Source: Rhizodiscina lignyota (Eukaryota). From it: DNA of 64,000 bases. The notes under the pieces were generated by a model. That model worked only from the letters and a program-made list of their open reading frames with translations. It was not told the DNA's origin and did no database searches. Shown here piece after piece: positions 1 through 12,340 of the stretch. How positions within the stretch are numbered: position 1 is the stretch's first letter; each line of letters starts with the position of its first letter. The DNA lies in contig ML978128.1 in NCBI GenBank assembly GCA_010015805.1, forward strand, positions 1,674,001-1,738,000, read 5' to 3'. A program made the position numbers and the translations under genes.

Positions 1-23
1 GTAGAGACTAACAGCCAAGGTAG

Positions 24-1184
24 CCTGTTTCAGCCTCGTGTGTCTTTCGACACTTTCGAGAGGCAAGCTGAGGTGAAGTCGGATACGACGTCATTCTCGC
101 TTGTCAAGAAGCACAAGGATTACGAATACTCGAAGCGCTCGCGCACCTTTCTCTGCGGGCTGGACGCAAACGATTACTCCGAGTTTGCTCTCGAGTGGCT
201 TATCGATGAGCTGGTTGATGACGGCGATGAAATTGTCTGTCTTCGGGTCGTCGAGGCGGATTCGAACATTGCGGGGCACAAGAGCGTAGAGCAGCAACGC
301 TATCGAGCAGAGGCGGAAAATCTGATGAAGCAAATCCAGGAAAAGAATGTCGAAAACAAGGCAATCAATCTCATATTGGAGTTCGCGGTGGGCAAGGTTC
401 AAGACGTTATTGATGACATGGTATGTGTCGGTTACTCTTCGCACGCGTCGGAATTATGCGGCTCATTTCCATCTAGATCAAAATTTACGAGCCTGCCATT
501 CTTATTGTTGGTACGCGTGGTCGAAGTCTCGGCGGCTTCCAAGGCCTGCTCCCCGGATCCGTGTCGAAATGGGTGCTTCAGCATTCCCCAGTCCCCGTCA
601 TTGTCGTTCGACCGAACTCGAAGCGTGCCAAAGGCAAGCGGAAACGGCTTCAGGACCCTACGAGAACTGGATATCGCGATCTGCTTGACAAGAGCTCCCA
701 AGGCGGGGGTCACCTCCTTGACTTTGCGCATCGTAACAGTTCCGATGTAGTGACTACATTGCGTGCTGCGTCAGATGCCGAGCCAGCAGCTGTGGCAGCA
801 GCCATTGGACTAAAAGATGAGACGCCTTCGCCTGGATATAAGGGGGATCCGTTGATGAAAGTCGAGTCTGGCAAGACAGACGGGACAGATACGACGGAGT
901 TGTCACCAGAAAGCGCCTCTGGACGTGAGACGTCTCCGGAAGCATTGAGAAGTCCAGCACGCGTCATGAAGAGTCCTGACACTGAGAACTTGGAGAGCCC
1001 AGATTTAAGCGATGCATCAAGTGCGGACGAAAACGACGAGACAGAATTGGAGCTTAAATCTGGAGAGTCAATTGATACACCCGATCCTCCTGTCGAGCCG
1101 GCCAAGGCGGAGTCCTCTCATAGCCCTGCAGCTGACGACAATCTCTCGCCAAAAGCCGAGCCCGCTGAAGCTGGAAAAGGCTGA
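24..1184 (+). CDS. Universal stress protein (Usp) domain protein, 5' part lies outside the window
   Basis: RTFLCGLDANDYSEFALEWLIDELVDDGDEIVCLRV. After intron 421-476 (gtatgt...catctag) it reads IKIYEPAILIVGTRGRSLGGFQGLLPGSVSKWVLQHSPVPVIVVRP, the Usp GxxG...GSVS motif. Window opens in an intron end (gactaac...tag). Confidence 0.9.
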
Positions 1185-1866
1185 ATGTTTTGTCATGATG
1201 CTTGAGTGACGGCGGAACAAGGTTATGTTGCATGCACCTCTCTACATACCCATAGCGGCTGGATTGCGTGTCTCTCTTTAGCACTTCGGATCAAATTGAA
1301 TACATGATGTAGGCAAGCATCGCGAATCACTATCAGTGCCCCATATTAATTAACATCGGACACGGTAAGAGTGGTAAGTGCAACGCTTACCTTATCGCTA
1401 TCTGCAAGGAACGAGCGTGCGGGAGCTAAATGATAGCGCGGTGCATTCGCTCCAAATTTCCGACCCGTTCGTCATTTGTCGACTGTTGACTCTTAAGAGA
1501 AGTACAGTCGGTAGCAGCGACTTTACGAGGCAAATGCTCTGGCTACGCGTGAGAGCTGTACAGCTGGGAACAGAGATCTACCATTGGCTTGAAATCGATA
1601 GTCTGAGGCATATCGGATCGTGCCTTCCCGGCTGTGACAGGACGACCCCTTGCGTGTGCAGATCGTCATCGGGGATTGCTGCCGCGGCGCTGAAAGCCAC
1701 CTCAACCCAATCCATCATCCCTCCAAATTCTTCCATATACCCTCCCCCACGAACCTCATCCCTCTCCTGCCAACCTCTGCCCATCGAACATCAATGTCTC
1801 TGCACTCCTCCGCTCATACAAGACACCCAAGGCGATCCAGCACCCTCTCCTCCCCCACCTCGCCAC

Positions 1867-3569
1867 ATGTTCGACACTTCCTGCTCCGGTGATTCCTGTG
1901 GCCCGCGCCAGCGCTTCTCCGCCGTCCTTCTCTCCTCGCTCCCCTTCATCGTCAGCTTCTTGCTCGTCGCGACCGCCGTCTCGCAGAAGCTATGGCCGCT
2001 GCTGTCTGGCGGCGGCGTGGCCAATGGCGACAGCAAAGACGTCTCTCCGGTTTCCCCCCGCGCTGTGCGACTCCCCACGCATACGTATGAGCTCGATTCC
2101 AAGTCGCGACTTGGGAGGACGGTACCGAGACCATCGGCACGGCATCTCGCGGGCTTCACGTTCAGCACGAATTTCGCGCTGAGCGCCGTTTTGGTGGAAT
2201 TGATTCTGTGCGACATTTCCAATGCGCTGAACCCCGCCGCGCGTTCGCTGGTCTTGAAGGTCACGCTCCCGTCCTTACTCTTCCTGCTCATTCTGGTCGC
2301 GCCGGCCTTGGAACTACATTCTATGATAGCGGCGGCGGGATGGAACTTCACAGGCACGAGAAGGACAAGGCTCAGAACGGCGTGGCTGATTGAAATTGCT
2401 GGGCTGGCGTGCTGGTTGTGGCTGTTCTGGTATCTGGGCAAGGGCCTGCTGGGACTGTATCTGGAAGAGGAGTCGTATATGCGCACACGTAGCTTCAGCG
2501 AAGGATGCTTGGAGCGCATTGGCATTATAGGAATAGCACTCATGGCTTTGCTGTCCGGTTTTGCTGCCGTGAGCGCTGTGTGGCACACTCTGGCCATGAG
2601 GTCGAAACCAGTACGTCCCCTCCGTTAGAAATACAATAGCACCACACACTAATCACCACCACTCAGGTCACCGAAGCAGACATCGCCCGCAAATCCGCCG
2701 GCCTCTCCGCAACCGACGACATGCTCCTGGCCAAACGCTCCCGCCTGCGCGCCGTCCAGCGCAAGATGTCCGAGACCCCCGGCCCAGATGGCTTCATGGG
2801 CCGCGTAATGGGCTCCATCCGCGGCAACGCCGACGCCACCGAATCCCGCACTCTGCAGCTCGAGATCGCGGGCCTCGAGACGATGCGCGTGTCGCTCAGC
2901 AACTCACTCTTGTCGCTGCAGACGCGGAGGCATGCGCAGCTGAGGGGCAAGACTCCTGTGGGCAGGCTGTGCAATGTGGGGAATTACATATTCGCGGTGT
3001 ATTGCGCGTACCGGATTGGGTCGGCGCTGCTGGATTTGACGCGACGGTTTATCCTGCCGTCGACGGGGCAGCATGCGAGTTCGGACCCCGTGACGGTGCT
3101 TCTGTCTGTGGTTGCGAAACACTGGGATCCCACGATCGACCGCGCGGCATGGTCGAGGAGTATCTCGTTCTTGCTGTCGGGGTTCATGCTGCTCGCGAGC
3201 TTCAATTCCGCGCTGCAGACGTTCTTGCTGCTCGCGAGGGCGTTCCCGACTCTGCTGCGCTCGACGCTGCATGCGAATCTCGCATTGCTGGTCAGCCAGG
3301 TCAGCGCGACGTACGTCATTAGCAGTGCGCTGCTTCTGCGGAGCAATCTACCGGACGATGTGAGAGGGGGTATTAGTGAAGCCCTTGGCAGCCCTCTGGA
3401 CGTTGGGTTCGTGGGGAAGTGGTTTGAAGGGTGGTTCATTAGCGCGGTGGGGTTGACGTGTGTGGGCATTTGGTTGTCAAGGAGATGGAAAGCTCCTGGG
3501 GAGCTGGAGGATGATATTGGCGATGAGACTGTCGAGCTGGGTCGCGTGGAGATGGGGAAGATTAGCTGA
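1867..3569 (+). CDS. GPR89/GPHR (GTG, 'ABA GPCR-like') Golgi pH regulator-family membrane protein
   Basis: Multiple TM segments; LERIGIIGIALMALLSGFAAVS motif; intron 2611-2666 joins to VTEADIARK; C-terminal ISFLLSG...Y(V)ISSALLLRSNLP...FVGKWFEGWF typical of the family. Start codon choice is inferred. Confidence 0.85.
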
Positions 3570-3978
3570 AGGAAAGGGTTTTGGTTGCTTTGCGTCATAT
3601 TATGGAGTTGGCGTTGCTGCGGTTGGTTTTATGCGATATACCAAGGGAACATTATCACGCAAGTATATGAAATGCGAACTAGATGGTCAAGGCGAGGGCT
3701 TGGATGTTTTGAGGTTCATTGTATTAGCTTTCTATTTTCTGCTGCCTTCAAGGGCGCATTTATCCCAAGACCAGGGAGCGTACTCCGTACAGCGAAGGAA
3801 ATTGCGCCGGCGCGCTCTAACTACAAAATAATTATACATCGCTTAATTGGATGTCTATATAATGAGGTGACTTTTGCAAGTCTATGTAGAATGTAAATGC
3901 TCCGTCTCTTTGCGAGGAATGACTGAACTGACTCCACGTAATGCACCAATTCGATCAAGCCGATGATGCTGTTCGAAC

Positions 3979-5026
3979 TTACTGGGCCTTTTTTGAAGAG
4001 GCCTTCAGCGCCTTGAAGGCTCTCCTCCTCTCGTTCGCCTCCGCGGAGGACTCGGTGTCCAGGCAGTAGTCCCACCACCTGAAGCTGCTGGCATAGTTGC
4101 CGACAAACTTCTCGTGATGCGTATCGTGGTGGTCCGCGCCCGCCCAGATGGGCAAGAAGTGATGCAAGCTCCAAGGGAACTCGTAACCCGAGTGCGCATC
4201 AATCGCCTGGAACAGCCTGAGCACAATCCAGATATACATGGTCAGAATGTGCAGCTCCCCGGTGAATGCGCACCACACAATCGGGCTTCCAACCGTACCG
4301 ATGCCGAGGATCATCACCTCGATCGGGCTCGCGTATTCGGCGGCCAGGCCGAACGGCGCGGAGTACTGGTGGTGGATCTTGTGCACGTTCTTGTAGAGGA
4401 AGGAGGAGGCGTGCATCGCGCGGTGCGTCCAGTAGTGCCACGCGTCCTCCATCACGAAGAAGACGGCGATCTGGAAGGCCATGGTGAGCGGCGAGGGGAA
4501 GGGCACGGCGGTGCTGAGGCCGAAGTATTGCGCCATTGGGTGGAACAGCCAGATTTGCGGGAGCTCGACGGTGAAGTGGGAGAGGAGGACGAGGAGGGCG
4601 CATGACCATTGCTCTTTGGCGGTGGGGATTTTGGACTGCAGATTCACTTGTTAACTGTCTGACTTTGCGCTGATGGCGTGATAGGGGCACTTCAACATAC
4701 GTGCTGAATCTTGTACTTCCTCATCCACGGAAGGCAGTCGATTACGATCCACGGCAGACTGCGGCCAAAGTAGACTATCTCGTGCATGGCGAAGGAGAGG
4801 ATGCCCGTGGCGAGCACGTCGTTCTGCATGTACGTGTACCATGCCAGCCACAGCTTCTCGAAGTAATTGAGCGAGACATTGTATTTCGAGACTTCGTCGA
4901 ACTGTGCCCAGTACGTGTCTTGCGGGAGGCCGACGAGCGGGTCGAAGGCGGTGGTGGAATTCCTGTTGAGGGACGTGAGATAAGTATTTGGAAATTTAGG
5001 GGGAGCGCGGTCGCAGCAGCCTACAT
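3979..5026 (-). CDS. ERG25: C-4 methylsterol oxidase
   Basis: His boxes [18 protein letters not shown]..., HHDTHH; N-terminal [37 protein letters not shown]. Introns 4636-4700 and 4963-5024, the latter splitting the ATG. Confidence 0.95.
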
Positions 5027-6346
5027 TTTCGAGTTGCAGCCAATTTTCAGCAAATGAAGAATATTCCCGTGTCTGGCCAGGCCAATTGGCGGTAGATGGA
5101 GGAGTTATGTGCAGTGGCTGTTGTGGGAGCGAGTGGTGATGGAGGTTTTGTATTGTCCCTTATTAGTCGGTGTGGGTCGATTCCAGTTTGGCCACTCCCG
5201 GGCGCTGGTGACGAGTCGAGAGTCGCGCCATCCAGGAATCTCGGCTTCCGGGCGCACAGACCATCATCGACAGGTCAGATGCCTGTTTGGGCTGCCGCTG
5301 CCTGCAGCCACGATCAGATAAGCTTAAACAGAGCCTCAGGCACGGCGTCCGGATGTCAACTCGTTCTCCTTCCACGAAGTCACGCGTTGATGGCCCTACA
5401 ATTACGACTCCGGATATTGCTGCTCCGTATGCACCTCGAATCACTTCATGGCTAGCATTCGTCCTTTGCCATCTCTGACGCCACTAAGATTAGACCTGGC
5501 AGGTCGAAGTCATCTGGCACTCGCTGATGGAAGTCACCACTCAGAAGTCAACTCGACGTCGCTCCTCTGTCGCCTGTAATTCGAGCCCAAATTGCCTCAG
5601 TAGAGCAACCACTCGCCTCTATATTGTATTCGCTCGCTTAATCCGAATACGGTCACGATAGGCGAGCCCTCGCTGAAAGGACTTGGAAGGAGACATCGAT
5701 CACGTTTTGTGATACCACCAGCACCACGCTCCCGCTAGCGATCCGGTTGAAACTTCTCCGGCCCATAAAACAGGCTCAGATCGAGGCCATTGTGCAGAAT
5801 CTAGGTGCTCATGCAGTATGCTGATGGATGTCCGAGTTAGAATGGTCCACTTGCCGCACGAGGATGTGAAGTGCGGCACGATCCAGGAAAGAGACATGAA
5901 TGCTCTGAGGACCATGCGGCTACCCTCTTTAATTATGACATTTAGGTAAGGGAACCGGTCGAGACCCTGTGGCTGCGGAAGCTCGGGCTCGGAAGCGAGT
6001 CTTCCAGCCTACTTTCAGTCTCCTTAAAATCTCCTGACCGGCAAGTACGAAGAAGAGGACCAACTTCAGACAAAGGGCTGTCGTAGCAGTTCCGGAGCTT
6101 CCTGAAGACTAGTCACAATGTCCAGCTTGTCTGGCTAACTCGCCAATAGTATGCGTCTACCTTGAGGATGCTAACATGGTGCGACTGATATTCCCTGTGG
6201 GGAGAGATGTTTATATACCCTTTCGAGATATATTCGTCATGAGTGGAAGGTAAAACTGCTACTGGAGATGTAATATCTCTTCAATACACAACCCTAATGT
6301 AATGTGCTCTCTTTGCCTCAGAATGAAGTCGTTTATGCATGAGCGC

Positions 6347-7594
6347 TCACAGGAACTCGGACCACGTTAACGGGCGCGAATCTGGATCTCCATTGAACTT
6401 CCATCTCAGAAAGGCCATTGCTCCTGGAGTCTCAACCCACGAGTCGTACGAGTTTCTCAAACCTCCAGGACACTCCTGGCCACCGGTACGATCCAGCACT
6501 CGGAATCGCTCATCGAAACTGGCATAGTGGTCCAGCATCACAGGCCAATAGCGATCCGCAATGTCCTTGACTGTGATATAGAGCATATCGATCTGGTGAT
6601 TCAGCTCTCCAATACTTGCGGCATGGTCACGGCATTCCCAGAGGTGTCGATTGTTTGCAACAATGGGACTTTGAGGAATATACGAGCGGACCACGTCCTG
6701 TATCTCGCGTGGAAGTGCACTGCCCAACGTCGTGTCTTCGAAAATCGTGGCCTTCTGCAAGGCTCCCAGATCGAGAATCAACTTGATCTTCAAAAGCGTA
6801 GCAGCGATGTTGTGCTCCAATATCGTTCCATCAAAGCCCGCGACGTTGTGATCGCAAAGGTATTCCACGGGCTCAAAGGCATCTTGCTGCTTCTCAATTA
6901 GGGTCGGATAGTCGGTAGAAAGATAATCGACGTCATCCCAATCAAAGTTGAAGGCTTTGCCAATGAACCTCCACCTCTTAAGAAAGTCGTAGCACTCTTG
7001 GTCCCGATCTAATCTCAATAGTAGCTGCGGTTCAGTATTTCTGGCCATGATCCCGTCGTTGCGGCTCAGTTTGAGAAGTCCCTGAACTTGCTCAAGCTGT
7101 GCCTCTACAGACTCTTTCGTGCGTAGACGGCGCATTGCTCTGATGAGATCCATGCGCGTTAGCATGTACTTCTGGGTCTGTCTTTCATCCCAGAAGCGAC
7201 CAGCTACCATGTTGAATGGGTCTACTGGTGCGAAATCTCTGCGAAGAACCCGTTCATCGGAAGCCAACTGCTCGCGATACATGGTAATGACCTCACATGC
7301 ATGCCCATGTCTGTCTCTGTGCGCAGAAAGGTGCTCATTGGAGCAATATCTGATGAGCCCACACTGGCTGCAGAGGAAGGAAGTTCCTTGACGACATGGC
7401 TGATTGCACTTCCCACAGCCGTCAGTCAACGATCGGTCCGGCCCTGGACGAGTGCCAACGATACCATCGATGTCATATCCTCTCCGTTGGCGATGGTCGC
7501 CGTACATGAGAGTCGGTGGATTCCTTAGATGATCCTCTCCCTCTGGCCACACAAGCGCCATAGGCGGAGGGCGAGGAGCGCCGTCATGTAGCAA
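6347..7594 (-). CDS. MYND zinc-finger domain protein (fungal family, function unknown)
   Basis: 415-aa intronless ORF with CGKC...CSQCGLIRYCSNEHLSAHRDRHGHAC (MYND), then GRFW...T..YM..R and LLLRLDRDQECYDFLK..W motifs. Confidence 0.8.
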   Translation of the reverse strand: MLHDGAPRPPPMALVWPEGEDHLRNPPTLMYGDHRQRRGYDIDGIVGTRPGPDRSLTDGCGKCNQPCRQGTSFLCSQCGLIRYCSNEHLSAHRDRHGHACEVITMYREQLASDERVLRRDFAPVDPFNMVAGRFWDERQTQKYMLTRMDLIRAMRRLRTKESVEAQLEQVQGLLKLSRNDGIMARNTEPQLLLRLDRDQECYDFLKRWRFIGKAFNFDWDDVDYLSTDYPTLIEKQQDAFEPVEYLCDHNVAGFDGTILEHNIAATLLKIKLILDLGALQKATIFEDTTLGSALPREIQDVVRSYIPQSPIVANNRHLWECRDHAASIGELNHQIDMLYITVKDIADRYWPVMLDHYASFDERFRVLDRTGGQECPGGLRNSYDSWVETPGAMAFLRWKFNGDPDSRPLTWSEFL

Positions 7595-8327
7595 ATTGGT
7601 CCGTAGGATTGTTGCTGCGTGCCGAACAAGCGGTCGGAACGGTCAAGTTGAAGGTCTTGTGGTCTCGCAGTTTACCGTTTGAGGTTGATGATAGGACGAT
7701 ATAGGAAATTTGCCACCCGGCATTTTTCGGTGACGCATGTAATTTAGGAGCTTTCAGGGTAAAATGTCGACTTTGAAAGCTTTCACTAGCTTAATCAGGC
7801 CAAAAGCATTAACCTATTTGGTTGATTGCTCAATAAATTAAGCTTCCCGAGCCTTCAAGCGGAGTACATTATAAAAGGGCCCTCAACCGGGACCCAGCTC
7901 GCGCCGCAATCTCCATTGCAGATGCTTCTCCCAGCTGTGCATGCTCAAGACGGAAGCCGATCAGTCACTCTGCCAGTCCCCCGATTGTCCGATGTTTCAA
8001 CACCACAAGATATTAGATCTCGGGAGGATTTGATCAATTTCTATGGGATATTTGACGGAAGTCTTGGTGGAGAAGGGTGCAGCGCCCGAGATTTTATCCG
8101 AACTAGGAAACGCCTGGTGACCTAGAGAAGCTGTAAGCACTCTGTGAGATCAGCTTCTTTTTCTCTCTTTCCACGTCACATTCCATCCGTATATTAATCA
8201 CAGCGTTGAATCCCTCGCGAGCATCATGGTATACGACTTGAGGCCTGTTCGCAAGGGCTGGAGACTGACTAACGACTTACGTGGTCTTTGTTTAATGCGC
8301 GTTCTTCACCCAAAGTCTTAACTGGTC

Positions 8328-10375
8328 ATGGAAAGTCAGCTTGAGCAAAAGAGAAGGAGTCGGCAAGGCTGTTGGACCTGCAGAACCAGGTTCGCTTCTT
8401 ACAATATCGATGTGTGAAGACGCCGCTCACCAGATCAGGAAGAAGAAATGTGATGAATCAGGGCCACCATGTCTCAATTGCAGGCGTTTGGGACTGAGCT
8501 GCGAATATGACGTCAAACTCATATGGGAGGATGATCAGAGAAGAGATGGAATGAAAAGACGCGGCCCGCGTGCGAAGAACGCTAAGACCACTGATCCGCA
8601 CAACAGCATTCGAGGCTCTACTGCTCAAACGTGCCCGTTCGCACTTCGAGCCAAAGACCCACCAACGTACGGGGCTGAATTGACTGGATGTCCGGATCCA
8701 GTAGAACAAGAGAACGGCGCTTTTCAGCTGCCTTCGACGTCTGAGGTACGCCAGCAGCGGTTGGTAAGCCATTCTCTTCAGCTCTCTACTACTCTCGTTA
8801 TTTCTGGAAAGAGGCGCCGTTAGGTCCTGTACGCTCACGATGAATTCATAGAATTCATATTCGAGATTGTTGGGGAGTAGCTTGTCCAGTCTGCCTTGGC
8901 AGATTTGCTTCTTGTTGTCGAAGAGCAAGGGCTATGTCAACGGGGTTGATCTGAAATGAGCACTTCGCAGCTTCGCTAACTGCCTTTTTCAGCCATCTTC
9001 ATCCGTTATGGTGCGGATGCCTCATTCTTCAGGCTTACCACGTCTCCTCGACCCGACAGAGTCACTATTGTTCGATTCATACATACAGAGATTCTCAAGG
9101 ACTTATCCAACCCATTCTGGACCGAGTAACCCATTCCTATCGGTACTCGTTCCATTGGCTTCACAGAACGATGTAGTACTAAATTCTTTACTCGCGTTAA
9201 GCGGTGCGCAAGGATGGGATCGCACCTCTCCTGAGATGGAGAGTGTAACATTAAGACTAAAGCACCGGGCACTACAAGGATGCAGAGCGCTCTTGCAAGA
9301 AGGCCCTTTTGCTGCACACACCACGAATGCGGTGTCTGGGCATGAGCTGCAAATGTCCGCATCAAGTCAACGAAGCTCCATTTCCTCAATTCCGAATGCA
9401 TTGAGCGAGGAAAACGTGATTTTTCTCCTTGCCAGCTCTGTGCTATTCCTATTGTACGAGAAGATCTCCGGGGAAGAAAACTGGAAGCCCCACATCGAGT
9501 TCATCAATCGGCTTTTCAACCAGCATCTTCATCGCTTCACCAGCACAGAAGCATACCAATTTTTACACAGCATATTTCTGTACAATGACCTCGTCAGGTC
9601 CACTTCACTTCAGCTGCCGACGCTTTCCTCCTTCTATCTACGAGCTGCACAGCCGCAAGTGGGCGATGCAGGCGACAGAACAGGAACCCAATCACGCCAT
9701 TATTTCCCTCGACTTATCGCCAGAATCTCTACCGGGGAAGAAACTGTATCCGATGAGGACATTGCTGTATGGGATGGAATATTGGATTGGCTTCCTAGCT
9801 TCGCACTCACAGAAGCCGACAATGAGAGCACTATTGCAAGTCCCCGCATGCATCATGTGGCAGCTAACCATTTCTCAGCGACAGAGGATGCTCAGATTCA
9901 TGAAGGGAGGCATAGTGAGAATGTTCCTGGTCCGGGTACCTCTGACTGGAATGATCAACGGACGGTGTCGGAGCTCTACCGAACAGCAGCAAGGATATTC
10001 CGTCGACAAATCCTTCGAAAGCGCCAGCATACAACCGTCGCATCGGAATCAGGAGCTGATGCCTACGGAGGGGATGAAATACCATACCTTGCTAGCTGGG
10101 CCATTCAATTGATCCAGTCACTGCCGGAGGGATCTGTCTTTGACAATGCGCTCCTCTTGCCCATTGGGGTCGCTGGCAGAGAGCTTACGGCGATACACAG
10201 TCAGGAAAGAGAGTACATCATTCTCCGTCTTCGTTCTCTGGAACAGCGATTTCAGATGCGACATTTTAGACGCGTGCAGGAGGTTTTGATCAATCACTGG
10301 TCCAGACTTGATGGTACGGTTCTCATGCCCTCCAACCAAGATGATACTTCGCGGGAGATGATACTGTTTGGTTAA
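8328..10375 (+). CDS. Zn(II)2Cys6 transcription factor with fungal-specific TF (DUF3468-like) domain
   Basis: MESQLEQKRRSRQGCWTCR, short intron, then KKKCDESGPPCLNCRRLGLSCEY; acceptor gctaac...ttcag at 8992; large last exon with SNPFLSVLVPLA, FLYNDLVRSTS and ALLLPIGVAG. Structure between 8746 and 8992 is uncertain. Confidence 0.88.
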
Positions 10376-10443
10376 ACAGGCTGCTATATTCGTTATCTCT
10401 AATCCGCAGAATGAGCGGAAGTACTTGTTTATTCTAATATCTA

Positions 10444-11634
10444 TTACCAAACTCTGTTACCCCTCACCTCCAGCGGCCTCATCTCGTACATGGTCTTCTG
10501 AATGTATTCAATCTGCTCATTTGCCCACTTCTCAACTTCAGCAACATTGACGGTTTCGACTCTGCAAAGCCCCTTCTTGCCATTATCAGTGTTCTTCACA
10601 TTCTCCTCATACCGTTTCCTGAGCTCATCTGCGGCGATTTGCGCACGCGCCGCCAAAACATCGAGCCGATATGTAGTCCACTGGTAGTACAGTTCTGTTA
10701 GATGTGATTTATTTCTGATATTCATGTTCGTCGTTTCGTCCAAGAGCGTTGGGTCTTTGGGGCGGAAGGAGGTAACAATGGTTATCCGCTCGGGCATGTT
10801 GTCGACAGGTGCAGCGGTATGTTCGATATAACGTCCTTGCAAAATGCAAGCAGCACCCTATTGACGAATAAATCAGTGACGATATACACCCAAGAACGTT
10901 TTAGATTGTATCACACTTACCATCTGTGGAGCTTTCACCTTCAGCGTTCTCTCATCTCCGCATCGAAGCTCAGTCTCTCCACCGATCATATGTCGGGCAT
11001 CGGAGAGCATAACGACACAGACAAATGGATGCGAGTCCCTATGCCATTCAACAACAGGCTTTGTCTGATCTGTTACCGCCCTTTCCTTTGGCTTTTCCTC
11101 CTCGAACTGCGCTATCGCCTCCTCGGTAGCTGCTGGAGGCTCCAGAGGCGTTGCCCGAGCAGCCTCAACACCACCAGGGCCAAGCTGGACGTTGACATGG
11201 CACGTCTCATAGTCCATGCAAGGAACCAGCTCGATACCTGCATTATCACTGATGATCTTCAAGACCTCCGGAGAGTTCCAGAAGGCGTGGATGAACGGGG
11301 CGTAACGCGGAGCGTGCCCGCGGATTTGGACCGAGCCAGGGCGAGTGTGATGGAGGCAGTTGTCAAGGACTTCTGGCTGGAATATCTCCCTCCTGTGCTC
11401 AAGGAGGGCTTCGTATGAGAGGAGCGGGAAAGGCTCCGTCGACGCTACAGAGGACAGCGCTGTCGGAGGAAGAGCGAGATCTCCCATTTTGAGGATCTTC
11501 AACGGCGGAGTGTAAGCGAGATGTCTCTTTGGGTCAAACTTGGTGAAAGTGGTTGACTGCTTGGCAGCATACTGCTCGATGGATGGAATGCCATCCATGA
11601 CTGGAGCGCTCTCCACAGCTACTGGAGGGGACAT
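10444..11634 (-). CDS. 2-oxoglutarate/Fe(II)-dependent dioxygenase-like protein
   Basis: WHRDSHPFVCVVMLSD (HxD), GGET, intron 10858-10920, then LQGRYIEH...ERITIVTSFRP (distal His and 2OG-binding Arg). Confidence 0.8.
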
Positions 11635-12340
11635 GTTGGGCGACTGTACAACGAGAAGCTGCTGAAAGAACAGGAACAGATAAAGATATGATGCGTCTAA
11701 GAAGGGATTTGAAAACGAGCTGAGACTGATAATAATAGTGATACTGCTGTGGTATGTTGTTCTTCACAACTTCATACTTATATGAGTTGGTTATCATGTC
11801 TGAATATCTTCATCAGATGCAACGCTTAATGCGGTTATTGTTGCCGCCCGCCAAGCAAGAGAATAGAAGTGATATCAACCATCTCCGCTTCGTTGGCTTT
11901 ACGCAATTGGACATTCACGTCTACAATTGTGCAGAATCTGATGCACTTCATACGGATCTCGGCAGCCAGGGGATACGCTAGCCGAAAATGGAGTATTGTA
12001 GGCGCCCGGCCCCTTTCTCGGCGAGTCTTTTTGACTTCAACTGCTTCGTCTCCACTATAAGATCTCTATAGAGCGAATTAGCTATCAGTTTTGGCTTTGT
12101 ATTCCCCAGACTTGATAATGCTGGTGATACCTCTGGACTTTGATTCCCAAAGAGAGATATTCTTTCCACAGTTTCTCCCGAAGTCTTTGGATCGATAACA
12201 ACTGCCGCAACAGAATCATCTTCTTACGTGGCCGCTCTGACAAGTGTGGAAATCGGCTGCACCTTTCGTAATTGCTGGAATTATGTTGCCTCCCCTCCAG
12301 TATGAATCGGGAGAACAAACGCCTTCATACAATCCGCAGA

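Noticed and set aside
1378..1866. N-terminal extension of the 416-aa ORF upstream of the GPR89-like gene
   Set aside because: Starts at GTG (not a normal eukaryotic start) and has no family-like sequence; probably promoter and 5' UTR.
1791..3598. Long antisense ORFs over the GPR89-like gene (268 aa, 204 aa)
   Set aside because: Shadow ORFs produced by GC-rich codon usage of the real gene.
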